Positions 40,701-53,209 of a stretch of DNA of 64,000 bases are shown here, in pieces (position 1 is the first letter of the stretch; the number at the start of each line of letters is the position of its first letter). The stretch is from Marsupella aquatica. Its lineage: Eukaryota > Plantae > Marchantiophyta. Below the pieces are notes generated by a model, which worked only from the letters and a program-made list of their open reading frames with translations, did not search any database and had not been told where the DNA came from. The DNA lies in NCBI GenBank assembly GCA_973895155.1, contig OZ316898.1, forward strand, positions 12,861,659 to 12,925,658, written 5' to 3'. The position numbers and the translations under genes were made by a program.

Positions 40701-42673
40701 TGGCCTTCATTCCAACCATTGTAAGTGAAATGCAGAACGTGTGCTCATTCCTGCTGCAGCTTATCCAAATTTCAATGCAAAAATTGTTGCATCCCATAGA
40801 TGCATTTCAAAGTTTGATCTGCCTGGGTGATTACTTGCTTCTATTTGAGATTTGCACAATAATCTCAGTGAACGCAAGGACGTAACTAACTGCACACATT
40901 GAGACTTCAGGAGTACCAACATGAGACAAGTTTGTCAATGTAAACATGTGTATTAATGAAGATGTTGAGAAATCTTCCTCCAATTCTTTGCAGATTGTTC
41001 TTATTATTGGTACAACCCAGCAGCATATAATTTCAACCTTGTCTCTGCAAGCTAAGAGACATGCTGCAGATGTCATAGCAGCCGAGACCAATCCTGAAAC
41101 GGTACCAAGGCCTATGACGGAGACAGACACAGCCCTTTGCGGAGCTGATAAGTTGTTCTGGTTCGATAATTCAAGACTTGTTCTGAGACTAGTTCACTTT
41201 GTCATGTTCCAGGTGACAATTGCTGATTACCTTACGCTTCGAAGGCTTTGTCTTATGTATTTGTGGCTCATTTTAAGTTTTCTTTTGACCTTGTCTTGAC
41301 AGCCGTTGAATATGTTGCCTGCAGAACTCTTTTGAGCTTGCTCTCTTCGTCTGGATGCTGGTAAGAATCCTGAGAAGCCACTTTCCTCTATGCGGGGTAT
41401 TGAATCCTAAGGTCTCACTACGTCCTGTGTAATGCAATTCATGCTGACTCGTTGTCCACATAACTGTCTTTGAGATTCGTGTGTAGCCTAGTCTACGAGG
41501 TTATAATGTGAGAGATCTTTCCAAATTGCTTCATAGATATGTGCTATTCTCATAAAGTGTTGATAGTTGGTTTGTCCTTGTTGCAACTTGATATGCAAGC
41601 TAACCTGGTGATGATGACTGTGCGTACAGACAGATGTAGGATGGAATTCTTGCATCATGGGAAATCACAAGCTCCTTCTTGTGCGACTATCTATAGGGTA
41701 TGTCCTTCAGAAATGTTTGGATCTCACGTATCTATTTTTGACTGTGTTTTAAGCTCACTCTATTTTTGACCTAGGTCTCCTGCATAATAAAATTTAAGAC
41801 CGGATACTTTCTGTAGAGACGCCTCCGACACTCCATGAGGATGTAAACAGACAACAGTGAATATTTGCATCGAAAACCGCCGACAGTTTTCGAATTTACC
41901 TGGTCTGATGGGGGCCGGTCGCTTGTGCCCAGGTTGATTGCGCAGCTCCTAGCTAGCTACAGCACTTTGCCAATCTATGCCCTTGTTACACAGGTAATTA
42001 TTTACACTGTCCCGTTCTGCATTACTGCTTGCAGGACGTCATACTTTGCTGCTTGAGATACCTATCCCTCACTTGAGGTGCTTTCCATAGTACCATCCAT
42101 TGCACCTACATTTTGATTGGTTGAATTTACAAACTTCAACTGTACACCATTCGTCCCCCACTGCCAATCCCTTTGTCCAATGTAGGCCTCCCTTACTTTC
42201 CGCTTCAGTCTGGGATTGCAAGAATAGGATTGTGCGTTCCCTGCTCGTGGCTTTTCCTGTTAACAATACAACTTGGGGCACGCGTGAAAAATAAATAAAT
42301 TGTTCTTGCATCTCTATCATCCGCGCAGATGGGATCTCAAATGAAAGAGACTATCTTTACAAAGCACGTGTATGAGAACCTCAAGCAATGGAAAGCCAAA
42401 GCTACGAGAATCTCAGTTAAGAGGCAGTCAGAAAGATCAAGTTCTCAAGAAATCGACCAACCAGACAGAACTACAGCCAGTGCAGAGTTGTCAACCGAAG
42501 CAAGCCAACCGGTGGAGTCAAGCACAGAGCTAACAATTGAACCCGAGGAAGGGACATCTGAGCCGGGCCCCAGAGAGCCGAATCCAGAACTGGTACGAAG
42601 GTTTCAAAAGATGTATGGAAAGGTAGTAGCAGCACAGAAATTCAAATTGGCAAGACAGAATGACCCAAGATAG
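37798..42673 (+). CDS. MLO: MLO family seven-transmembrane protein, ~15 exons
   Basis: LEETPTYALAV, ELMLLGFISLLLT, GKVPFISLEVLHQLHIFIFVLAVTH, WQRWEQET, VCFFQQF, FNFWEYVIRS, DKLFWF..LVHFVMFQ|NSFELA, SYSTLPIYALVTQ|MGSQMK. Confidence 0.95.
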
Positions 42674-44017
42674 TCACCTGTCCAATGGTGCTCTACCATA
42701 TCACGTAGAGTGTGCTGAGGAAGCAGAAAGGACATCAATGAGGCTGAAAATGGTGTATGGTGAGCTAGGTCTGGAGCCTCCAGAAGATCCGCTCCCAATA
42801 GACGGGCATTCCTCTGGCAGCAGAGAGAACAAGGTTTACTTCCATATGAAGCGATGGAGCTAAAAGTCTTCGGAGTCACGAGTGTCAGCACTCCGAGTTA
42901 CAGTAGCTTGTATTTCAGGGCATGACGTTAAGATTTCGGACAACTGTACTTTGTCGTTGGACTCCTTACTACCTACCACTGAAATAACTGTAACTCGGCA
43001 TCTACCTGAACGTCACTCGAAAACAGCACAAGAATCAGAGGGTTTGGTACAAGACGACGTTCTACTTTACGTATCATACGCTTACACTCGATTAGTGTTG
43101 TTCGTCTCAGATAGTTTGTTCAGAGCGAGAATAGAGGTAAATGAAGTCATCAGTCAACCGAGGTCACACAGCATGTAATCTCCAGAAAATTTACTCATTG
43201 AAACTAGATGAATAGGCACTAGGAGAAAAGGGCACAGTACGGAACAGTAACGTGACCAGACTAGTGAAAAGTAGAACTACTTGACTGTCAAGTAAGAGCA
43301 CCTAATGCCTTTGGAAGGTCCACAGTGCTTCCGATTCTTGAGAAGTAGATGAGGAGAGTATATAAAACAGTAAATGAGACTGGCGAGAATATCATCACTA
43401 CAACCGCGTGGATTTCATAACTAGCAATAGTAACGATTCGAAAGTCTAAAGTCCAGGAATGTTGACCGTCAATCAGGTCGTAATGCGGAACGACATGGAT
43501 GAGACACTTTTCAGAATGGCACCGGAGCAGACACTTCGTGACCCCACCGAGACGTCTCAAGAAACAACTCTGCCCTAAGCAGTACAGAAAGTCAAATGTT
43601 GAAGCTATTCAGAACATTTTGCAACGATGATCAACACGCGGAAAATCGCATCTATCGATGCAAAGGAAGGGTCTTTGCAACAATTTCGGAGAAGTCGCAA
43701 CAATATTTCAAGAGAATTGTCCACAAACCCCAAATCTTCATCATCAAATGCTAACTAATTGTACAGACACAAGTCACTACGGTACCCACTTTGTTTGAAA
43801 TTGTTCATACATGCTGCTTGCTATTCTACTTATCAGTCTATCGCTCCTCGTTACAACAGCCTCATCAGTGAATCCTCTACCGATGCCTACGGGATGCTGC
43901 AGTGTCTCAGCAAGTGGTTCGCTTGGTAATGCTAAAGACGCACTTCAAACTTGGCCAGGTGCCTTGACGGAGGGGGTGTCGGAGAAATACTCAGCTCCTA
44001 AGGATGAGGCATATCAT

Positions 44018-45394
44018 CTACATCGCCTCAGGCATCAATTTTCTTAATGAACCAATAACCTTAGATTCTTCTACGCCTTCATCGAGAGAAACATAGTTCT
44101 TCTCCTCATCATAAATATGACATTGCGTCATAATAGTTTTCATCAATCGCCAGTTCCAGCTTGCCTCGTTCATATGCTTCCCCCAATTTTGCCGAATAGA
44201 ATCAGTGGCCGGTCGTAAGTTGTAGCTGGGGATTTTTTGAGAAACATGGTGTGGAATGTGCACATTGATATCATGGCATAGAATTTCAATCCATGACGGA
44301 TAATCACAATGCACTGTTCCACCTAACTGTGCAGCCGCTGAATTCCACTCACTCTCGTCCTTGAATGGAATATGGGGTGCTGTATGATGAACCATTGTGA
44401 AAGTGCTCATCCAGAAATGGTACCCAAGCCAAGGCATCAACCAAAATTTGACCCAGCCAGCAATCCCGGTGAAGTAAATAATGGCAGGCCATCCAATAGC
44501 CACAAAAGCAAAGACAGCTGCGAGACTAACCTTCACACGATTCTGCTCACTACGGCGGAACTTCTTCAGGTCAAAGTGCCAAAGGTACCAATGCCCAATG
44601 GAAGCCCAAGGCCGAAGCGGTCCCAGCCCGTACTCCAGTATCGCCTTGACCCATCCTGGAGAAGTCTCCCATTCCTCCCGCACAATTGGATGCCATGCGG
44701 TATCCTCAACCAGCATGTTTGTCTTGGCATGGTGACGATCGTGCTTGAATCTCCAGGGCTCGTATGGATAAATCAATGGCATGAATGCCACAGTCCCAAC
44801 AATATCCTCCACAAGCTTGTTCTTGGAGAAGGACTTGTGAGCGCAGTCATGACCTATCACGAAAAACCCTGTGGCAGCAGTGCCAGTCCAAGCCCAAGCA
44901 AATGGCAGCAAATACCACGGAGATTTCGCAATCCAGAAAATCCCGAGTGCATACGCTGCTATAGTAATGGCCACACTCTTCCAAGCCTTCCAGGGATCGA
45001 TTTCGAACACCTCAGGCGGCAGGCTGTCGATGACCTTCTTCAGCGTGACTCCCTCCGGAATAGGCTCTCCAATTTGTCTAAAGCCATACTCCTCAGCAAG
45101 CAGTGCTCTCCCCTCTGCGGAGGTCAGCGGATCAACTGCAACTGGCGCACCCACAGCGTCAACCCTAAACGGTCTCGACCCTCCTCCAGTCCTCCCAATT
45201 CTCAAACAGAGAGGATTAAACCTCTCCTGCCTGCGCCTGCTGCACAATGACGCCCTGGTGCCAATTCCAGAGAACGATGAGCCCAACGACGCAGCCCCGC
45301 CGTTCCCCTTTCTCGTCGGTAATTGCAATGACGATCTGCTGGCCGGAAGTCTGGCACCACTCTGGAGAGCGATGCTCATGGAGCTGCAAGCCAT
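44018..45394 (-). CDS. FAD6: Plastid omega-6 (delta-12) fatty acid desaturase, single exon
   Basis: His boxes HDCAH, HDRHH, HIPHH; YGFRQIGEP, FWLMPWLGYHFWMSTFTMVHHTAPH; first in-frame ATG (MACSSMS) at 45394 starts a transit-peptide-like stretch. Confidence 0.95.
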   Translation of the reverse strand: MACSSMSIALQSGARLPASRSSLQLPTRKGNGGAASLGSSFSGIGTRASLCSRRRQERFNPLCLRIGRTGGGSRPFRVDAVGAPVAVDPLTSAEGRALLAEEYGFRQIGEPIPEGVTLKKVIDSLPPEVFEIDPWKAWKSVAITIAAYALGIFWIAKSPWYLLPFAWAWTGTAATGFFVIGHDCAHKSFSKNKLVEDIVGTVAFMPLIYPYEPWRFKHDRHHAKTNMLVEDTAWHPIVREEWETSPGWVKAILEYGLGPLRPWASIGHWYLWHFDLKKFRRSEQNRVKVSLAAVFAFVAIGWPAIIYFTGIAGWVKFWLMPWLGYHFWMSTFTMVHHTAPHIPFKDESEWNSAAAQLGGTVHCDYPSWIEILCHDINVHIPHHVSQKIPSYNLRPATDSIRQNWGKHMNEASWNWRLMKTIMTQCHIYDEEKNYVSLDEGVEESKVIGSLRKLMPEAM

Positions 45395-45493
45395 TGTTGC
45401 CAATTCCTCGCAAAGCAATCCGCAAGCCCAGCCCCGAATCTCACTTCTGATGGAATCGGCGGACAGCAAACCAAACCAAACCAACCCTCTCTT

Positions 45494-45845
45494 CACAAAA
45501 CTGGCAAGCTTTTCATCGTGATGGGCAGCTCGCTTCACGAGCAAGAATGGCGAGATGGTTGGCTCCGAACTGGACGAATTGCACAAATCGGAAACTGCCA
45601 GCCAAAGCTCTCCTCACAGAACTGGCAAGCTTGTCATTGCGATGGGCAGCTCGCTTCACGAGCAACAATGGAGAGATGGTTGGCTCCGAACTGGACGAAT
45701 TGCACAGATCGGAAGACAGCCAACCAAAGCTCTCTCCACAAAATGGACAAGCTGTCCATTGATATGGGGCAGCTGAGCAGCTCTCTTCACGAGGAAGAAT
45801 GGAGAGATGGTTGGCTCCGAACTGAACGAATTGCACGACTCGGAA
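45494..45845. repeat. Three tandem ~121-bp units directly upstream of FAD6
   Basis: GAGATGGTTGGCTCCGAACTGRACGAATTGCAC occurs three times at ~121-133 bp spacing. Confidence 0.9.
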
Positions 45846-45911
45846 ATGGCGGTGGCGGTCTCTCCATTGGCCGTCGCTGAGTCCACGTCAACCATCGGAA
45901 GGAGATTTCCG

Positions 45912-46647
45912 CCCACTCTCGTTCGTCACCGCTTCTGAGGGTCACTCCCTTTCTTCACCCACTCTCGTTCGTCACCGCTTCTGAGGGTCACTCCCTTTCT
46001 TCACGGCTTCTGAGGGTCACTCCCTTTCTTCACCGCTTCTGAGGGTGGCCTTACAAGACCTTGGGGCTCTTCTGAGGGTGGCTTTACAAGACCTTGGCTC
46101 TTCTGAGGGTGGCCTTACCAGACCTTGGGGCTCTGCTGAGGGTGGTTTTACAAGACCTTGGGGCTCTTATGAGGGTGGCTTTACAAGACCTTGGGCTCTT
46201 ATGAGGGTGGCTTTACAAGGCCTTGGGGCTCTGCTGAGGGTGGTTTTACAAGACCTTGGGGTCTTATGAGGGTGGCTTTACAAGACCTTGGGGCTCTGCC
46301 AAGGGTGGCTTTACAAGACCTTAGGGCTCTGCCAAGGGTGGCTTTACAAGAGACCCTGGGGCTCTTATGAGGGTGGCTTCACAAGAACCTAGGGCTCTTA
46401 TGAGGGTGGCTAAAGTCCTTGGGGGTGTTGTTTTACCCAAGCTAAGGGCTAGGTTCCATGGGGTTGGGATTGAGGAGTACAGATGTGTGTCCGATAAAAT
46501 ATGACATGAGGGTATAGGACATACCTTGGGGCTCTTATGAGGGTGGCTTTACAAGTCCTTGGGGGTGTTGTTTTACCCAAGCTAAGGGCTAGGTTGCATG
46601 GGCTTGGGAGTGAGGAGTACAGATGTGTGTCCGACAAAATATGACAT
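45912..46647. repeat. Compound minisatellite: 46-bp units grading into ~31-bp units, then a ~120-bp duplication
   Basis: About 12 copies of GAGGGTGGCTTTACAAGACCTTGGGGCTCT; 46390-46506 repeated at 46524-46647. Confidence 0.9.
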
Positions 46648-47986
46648 ATATGGTGTAGAACATCAGTCCATCCCATGATGTGTGATTACTGACAAGACGC
46701 ATGTTTGACAATAAGATTACAGCTTTTCTATGGACCAAGGGGTGTACAAATACTGTAGTAGGGAGTATGATCCTCCACTCCCTGTCAAACTTGAGGGGTC
46801 CCCCTGCCCCCCCTATATAGTAATAGGGGCAGTCTCATGCATTGGCTCTAAGGTCAAAACTCATACATTTCAAATATTGTGTACACCTTGGCATATGGTG
46901 TCTTTGGGCCCCAAGGGGTGTCAGAGGGAGTGATTGTACTCCCTACCCCTGGCCCAAGGAACTTAGCCCTAAGGCCCAACTCACATGTGAGAGGCCTTAT
47001 GATTTCTGGCCCTAAGCACTCCCTCAATGTTTGGATGAAACTAGATCTCTTTTACCAATAGTATCTTCTCCCTACAACTTGTTTTCACTACATGTGTCCC
47101 ATAACTTTTGCTTTATTCCAGAGTTTGAGGTCGGGACCTGCAAGGTTCTGGTCCTTGCCCTTGGGACCCCACAAGACTTGCCGTCAGGCCTACCTAACGT
47201 GGCGCTTATGAAATGGCAGCATCTTTGATACTCATGATGACATCTTGCACTTTGAGGCCGATTACATGAGAGTTGGCCCTTAGCCTAATAGTCACATAGT
47301 TGTCTGGCTAGGGCCCATCTTGCTTTGACTAGAGAAGATCTCATGAGCATGTTGGTCCACTCTTGATGTAAAAACTCAAGATGGAAATGGACCAGGCTGC
47401 GTGTTGAAAAGACCTGCAGAGAGGTGGTTTTAAATTTGGGACAAAAATGTGCTCCATACACACAAAATTTGGACTCCACTCCATTCCACTTACACTAGGA
47501 TCACAAACAGTCTGGAACGAAATGACCCCAAGGTCTTCTAAAGTGAACAGCAACTCAACTATATCTCCCCAGTGGAAGGCTTTGATCACATTTTGAAAAC
47601 CAAACAAATAAAAAGTGTCTCAATGTCTTGTAAATGCCACCCTTGTTAGTGTTTGAATTTTGCATGAAAGACAAACACAAAGAAGTGTGGAAAATATTGT
47701 TGTGTCGTGCAGTTGGATTGCAAAGGGTGCAGATTGGTGGTACAAAAAATAATACCATAGACAATAGAGTGTAGGATTTACTAAACATTTTGCTCAAGCA
47801 ATCCAACTGCTAGTGTGGAGTCTTCGATTATGAGATGCAGTTCTGACCTTGCATGTTTATGATACTGCATGACATTGTTTTTGCCTTGGAAATATAGCTA
47901 TATAATTGACTACAAAGTACTCTTCCTTGTCTTAGGGCATAACTGAAGTTGGGGGTACAAGTGAAAAATGGGACCGTGGTAGGTAA

Positions 47987-50346
47987 TTAAGCACGAGACT
48001 CAATCTCGATGCACATTAATGCTCCTAATTGTATGCTCATGTGATTAGAAGGGTAGCATGTGGTTTCAGGCAGTTTAGGCTGCCACGTTGTCTGCCCAAA
48101 CAGGGACACCCTTGCAGGTGAGCCCCTGCACCTCCGCTGGCGCGCGGCCCTCCAGCCGCGCCTCGTGGGCCATGGCCCTCAACGAAGGCCTCAACCTTCC
48201 CGTCGCACCTCTTGTCATCACTTCCACCCCAATGCGCCAGTTTAGTACAATACGCCCTTCCATACTTTTGTACAGATTCAAAATGAGGGCACGATGGCAT
48301 GCACTATGTGGCAGAAAACTTCCTCTACATTTGTGTGTTATCGTGCTTTGCACGAGCAATTGCATGGTGTGTGCAGTGCTAGATCCAAACCTGCGGGCTC
48401 TTGCAATGGCACCTGGTGAGCTCAATCGGGATGACATCAAAAAATGTCAGGGTCCTTCGCGCAGGGGGCCTAGTGCACTTTACATCACAGATTTGTTGCC
48501 AACAAGAGCTGCATTTCAAGAACAACCTTTGACTATAGGGTCAATGACTTTTGCAGACCTACAAGAGAGGATGCAAGTCTTCCGAGATGCAATGAACAGC
48601 AATGCTCAAGAACCACTGTTTAAACACTTGGAGTCCAGTGAGCAGAAATTTGAACGGGAGAAGGAGATTTTAGAAAGGGACAAGGAGATTTTAGAACAGG
48701 ACAAATGGTTTCTGACAATGGAGACTTTGCCACGTAAGTTTAGTGAAATGAAAGTCAAATGTGGTGTGAAAGTAGCATGGAATGATTGTGATTGGGCCAT
48801 TCCTCAACTGAAGAAGTGCTTTAATGAGAATAATAGGTGTGATAGAATTCAATATCCTCCGCTCGGTGAACTCGAAGCTACGAAATTGCAATGGTTTGGG
48901 ACAAGGAAAGACTTTGCATGGATTCCTAAAAACCGGTTGAATGACTTTATGTAGGGAGAAAACATGAGGAAGGGTTTTCATACGCAATGCCCCGTGCGCA
49001 AATCCCACCAGCATAAGATAAATCGATTAGGGCCTCTTGAGAAGAGGGTAACTTGGTACAATTGTTGCTTTGGGCTTGAAAACAAGTGTCGCTTGAAGGA
49101 TATCTTAGGTAACAAAGTTCCAAAGAACTTGAGCTCCAAACAAGGGGGTGTCTACCTCAAAAAGAAAACAATCATAGGTAAATGTTTGTCTCCCCATGTC
49201 CCCATGCCATCACGTTCGGTAAGTCACTTTCCGAATATTTTTGACATTGTGGCAGGACACAAAGGACAATGTATTTGCTTTTTTGAAGGACAAGGGCAGT
49301 GTATTTGAACATCAGCATTCTCTGTTGTCAGAAATATGTTATAGTACGTATCCACGTGTTTTGATTTGCAGGCCACTCCATCAAGCGAGGGTGCCAATGC
49401 AGTTTCACAACAACTCTGTTTGTACTGCGTTCGGATGTTCTCCTCATATGTTGGCTAGATCGAGAACACGAGGATGTAGATGGCCTCATTTGCCATGGTT
49501 TGGAGGACACATCCGCTTATGCATCAAACTGTCACATAGCCCCTCGTATTTTGATGAAATTAAGGGCTAAATACGTAATGCAGGTGTGTGACAATTCATT
49601 TGTAAAGTGTCATCCAATATAATGAGCTGAAAACGAAAACATATGCACATAATTGCCATTATCTTGAGAATTATGCAGGCAGCGCTAATGATCCAATCCT
49701 TCAATGGCGACCTTCCATACTCCGGACACGGTCCTCTGAGTGCATCCACGGTAAGTGAACTTCCTGGGAAACGGGTTTGGAGCTGCAAAATTGAGAACTT
49801 GAATGTGCATTGGACCTACAAGCACTGTATCTCTGTCCCGAGCAGCACGATGAACATCGCTCAAAGTCGTCATTTCCTGTCACTCGCAGATGATTGAGGC
49901 TGAATGACTTGCCTGAATTTGCCAATTTCCAATCTCTCGTCGCCCTTGCTGATGAAATGAAATGTGAAACAATGTCTCGCCTTGTTGTCAGCCCTAAACA
50001 AACACAACCGAGACTCCCAAAACTCAGGCCTAAACTGGAACTAGGTGCAAGTAGTCGCCCCATTTTGAATAAGTATGGAAGGGCGTATTTTACTAAACTG
50101 GCGCGATGGGGTGTTCTGTGGCGTCGGGGTGGAAGTCATGACGAGAGGCACGACGGGAAGGTTGAGGCCTTCGTTGAGGGCCATGGCCCATGAGGCACGG
50201 GCTGGAGGGCCTCACCTGCAAGGGTGTCCCTGTTGGGAGAGGCGATGTGGCAACCAAAATTGCCCGAAACCACATGCTGGCCTTCTAATCAAATTAGCAT
50301 ACGATTAGGAGCATTAATGTGCATCGAGATTGAGTCTCGTGCTTAA
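47987..50346. mobile_element. Non-autonomous DNA transposon with ~300-bp TIRs (Mutator-like)
   Basis: 47987-~48290 is the inverted complement of ~50057-50346 (TTAAGCACGAGACTCAATCTCGATGCACATTAATGCTCCTAAT...); flanks TGGTAGGTAA / TAGTAGGTAA form a 10-bp TSD with 1 mismatch (or 8 bp if the TIR is 1 nt longer). Confidence 0.85.
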
Positions 50347-53209
50347 TAGTAGGTAAGTCTCTCAAAATGGCACTGTAGACTTGAATGTCTCCTCCTCTAA
50401 GTATTTACATTCTAAGATAGGGCACGCCAGCTAGTCCCTCTACCTCAAAGCTACTTCTCACTTACACAAGTCCATGTCTTGGACCTAAACAATCAATGTG
50501 TACACTAACACATTCAGCTGGTGTGGTGGGTTTGATTACAAGACTAGAGTCTGACCATTGATATCTTGACCTCTCAACATTTATAATAATGAATGAAATT
50601 CTAGTGGCCCTTTTTATGACACTCTGTTAGAAACATAAAAGAGGAAAGTGTCCAGCCTTTTTGTTGATGATTTGGGAAGTGGGCAACATGACGAGTCTTC
50701 CCCTAGCTCACCCTTCTACTTACACACATTGACAGGTCCCCATAAAAACTTATAATTATTAGGGCAGTACATTTGGGATTAATTATGAGGCACATTAATA
50801 CACGTTAATATTGACCCATTTGCATTTTGGGAATCGATATACTGGAATCTACGAGTACTCTGTAGGAGCTAGTGGTACTTTTGTGAAGCTAATGACAAGG
50901 TTTGCAAGGTTAGTAAGGTGTAGCTGGACCTTTGAAGACAATTACCTCAAATCCTAAGCAAAATCACATTAAACTAAAAAGATTCAAGTAACTTTCACAA
51001 TAGTCTGGTTATATGACTCTCTTTGACTGTTTGTATGCTCTCTTCCTAGTTATGTACCAAATAGGAGCCTACCATCTTCCCCAAAAAATAAGATCCAGGC
51101 TTTACCCGAGGTGTTATACTCTAATGGAAAGCTCTTGGCATATTACATGGGTTTTAAACAGTGATTTTTGGCAAGGATGGCCTTCTGTTTGAGAAAGGTG
51201 CTTTCAAATTGAGGCCAGGCCTGGTTTGTCTTGTTAGATAGAATGCAAATATTGCATGCTAGTACACAACCAACCAATTGTATTCAACCACAAGGCCCTC
51301 TCTTTGATTTCAAGGCCCAGGCGCTGTATTACATAAGGCTTTCTATTAGAGAAAAAACAATTTTGTGCTGAGATACCTTATTTTTGTCATTTCGGAATAC
51401 AAGGCTCAGATCTTGTTTCTTGGGGAATGCAATCTAACTCTATTCAATGCTCTCTACCTTATCATCCACTAATACAGAGTCAGACTATAACTCTATTCAA
51501 TGCTCTCTATCTACAGTGGCCTTGCTCTCCAAGTGCATACTCCACAGAAGAAGCCCAGGGCATGCACAAACCTAGCCTTTGCACTCTGTGATAAGTGCAA
51601 AAACTCTGGTCTTATCGACTAGAGTGCAGGGTCTCAACCTCTTTGCATAACTTGCAATTTGTAAGGGTGTATCCAGGAAATGCTTCGAACATGTGTTGAG
51701 AAAGGTAGACTGAGATCCAGGAAGTACATCAAGAGCAGTAGGCACTCAAACATATATATAAAGTGCCCAGATGCCACAAGAAATCCTCAGATAAGAATTA
51801 GTAGAAACCACGACACTTTGAGTTCAATACTTTGTATAAAAATATATTAGCTGATTACTACCTAATCTTCTCAATCAGCTGACTCATAAAACCTTCAGTA
51901 GCAATGGCATGTGTGCTCCCCTTGACTGAGGAGCTTACTGCCTGGTCCACCTCACCCTCCACTGTCTCAAAATTGCCTTTCCCCTCAATGTAATTCAATT
52001 TGTCGTCTGGACCATATTTCCCAATGAATGGCTGCAACCTCTCAGGCCGGCCCAAACATTTGCCATCAAGACCAAGCTTCAGAGTGCCTCAACAGGGCCC
52101 TAAAATTCAATAGGTCCTCTGTAACAGCACAATGCCTCCACAATCTCGTGACTTCCCTCCTGCATTGTATATCCGTGCCCCCTACCTCATATCTGCAACT
52201 GCTACTCTGAACGTCAAAATGACTTGCACTTAACCATAAGAATTCTGTATCGGATTTGTGCACTTAGCAATAGTGTAAGCACCCTTATAGAGGGTTTTCA
52301 CTTATATATTTGTCTGTCAGTTGACTCCTTGCGCTTATAAAAACTGCAAAGAAAGTGAAAAGCGGGCACCTTGCAATTATCCAGCTTGTGTAGAGTGCAA
52401 TTAGGTAGAGCAGACTGTCAGTAATCACTAATAACGAGCCCGGAACTCTATTTCTAACCCATCCCATTTCCTGTGAGTTATTTTGAAGACCCCTGTATAG
52501 AATAGAATGAAACATAAATTAATTAAGTCCTTTGAATGTCCATCGGCACAAACCAGCATTCGTGCCAGAAATGCAACAAATAAACTCTCCCGTGTAATAA
52601 TGTGAGTCCCGCCGGCGTCACGTACCAATAATTCCTTTCATTACACAGGCTTGGTATTAACTTTAAGAACTCCTTAGTGCTGTCGACTGCACGTAAAGTA
52701 AGAGGTTCTCAAATTTCAAAAAACATACACGACGGCAATGCAGAATGCAATACCAACAATGTTGCTCCTGTGATAGAGAGCACGGAAGCAGGTGGGGAGA
52801 TATCTGACAAGCTGCAATACCAAAAATTATAGATGCCAGCCTTCACGTGACTAGATAAATTGAGATCATGAAATAAGGCCCTAGCAAACAACAGCACTGT
52901 ATCCTGGGTCAGCTTTTACAAGCTTAGAGCAAAATTAGTCTCTTGGAATTCTGGTCGAATTCTTTTGCTGTCTGAACGCAAGCCTGCAAGACTCTTGATA
53001 TCTTGTTTGACAAGTTTTATTCATTGCTGTGTTGAACTTTTTGGGGAGCTTATTTATCGGTGTTGTTTACTTAGCCATTCGCGTCCTTTACCTTTTTCGT
53101 CTACAGTGCACTAATATAGCCTCAAGAGCCCTTCCTAATCTGGAGGATGAAAATGAAAGTGAGGCAAAACCATCAGCAGTTACAAAGCTTAGGCTCGTCC
53201 GGAGCAACG

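Noticed and set aside
44372-45521. Long + strand ORFs (292 aa, 216 aa) over FAD6
   Set aside because: Antisense shadows of the FAD6 coding sequence with no motifs
45395-45586. 64-aa N-terminal extension of FAD6 in the ORF track
   Set aside because: Starts at a non-ATG codon inside the tandem repeat; the first ATG is 45394
46041-46410. Regular ~31-bp repeats resembling a CRISPR array
   Set aside because: Head-to-tail units without unique spacers, eukaryotic context, no cas genes
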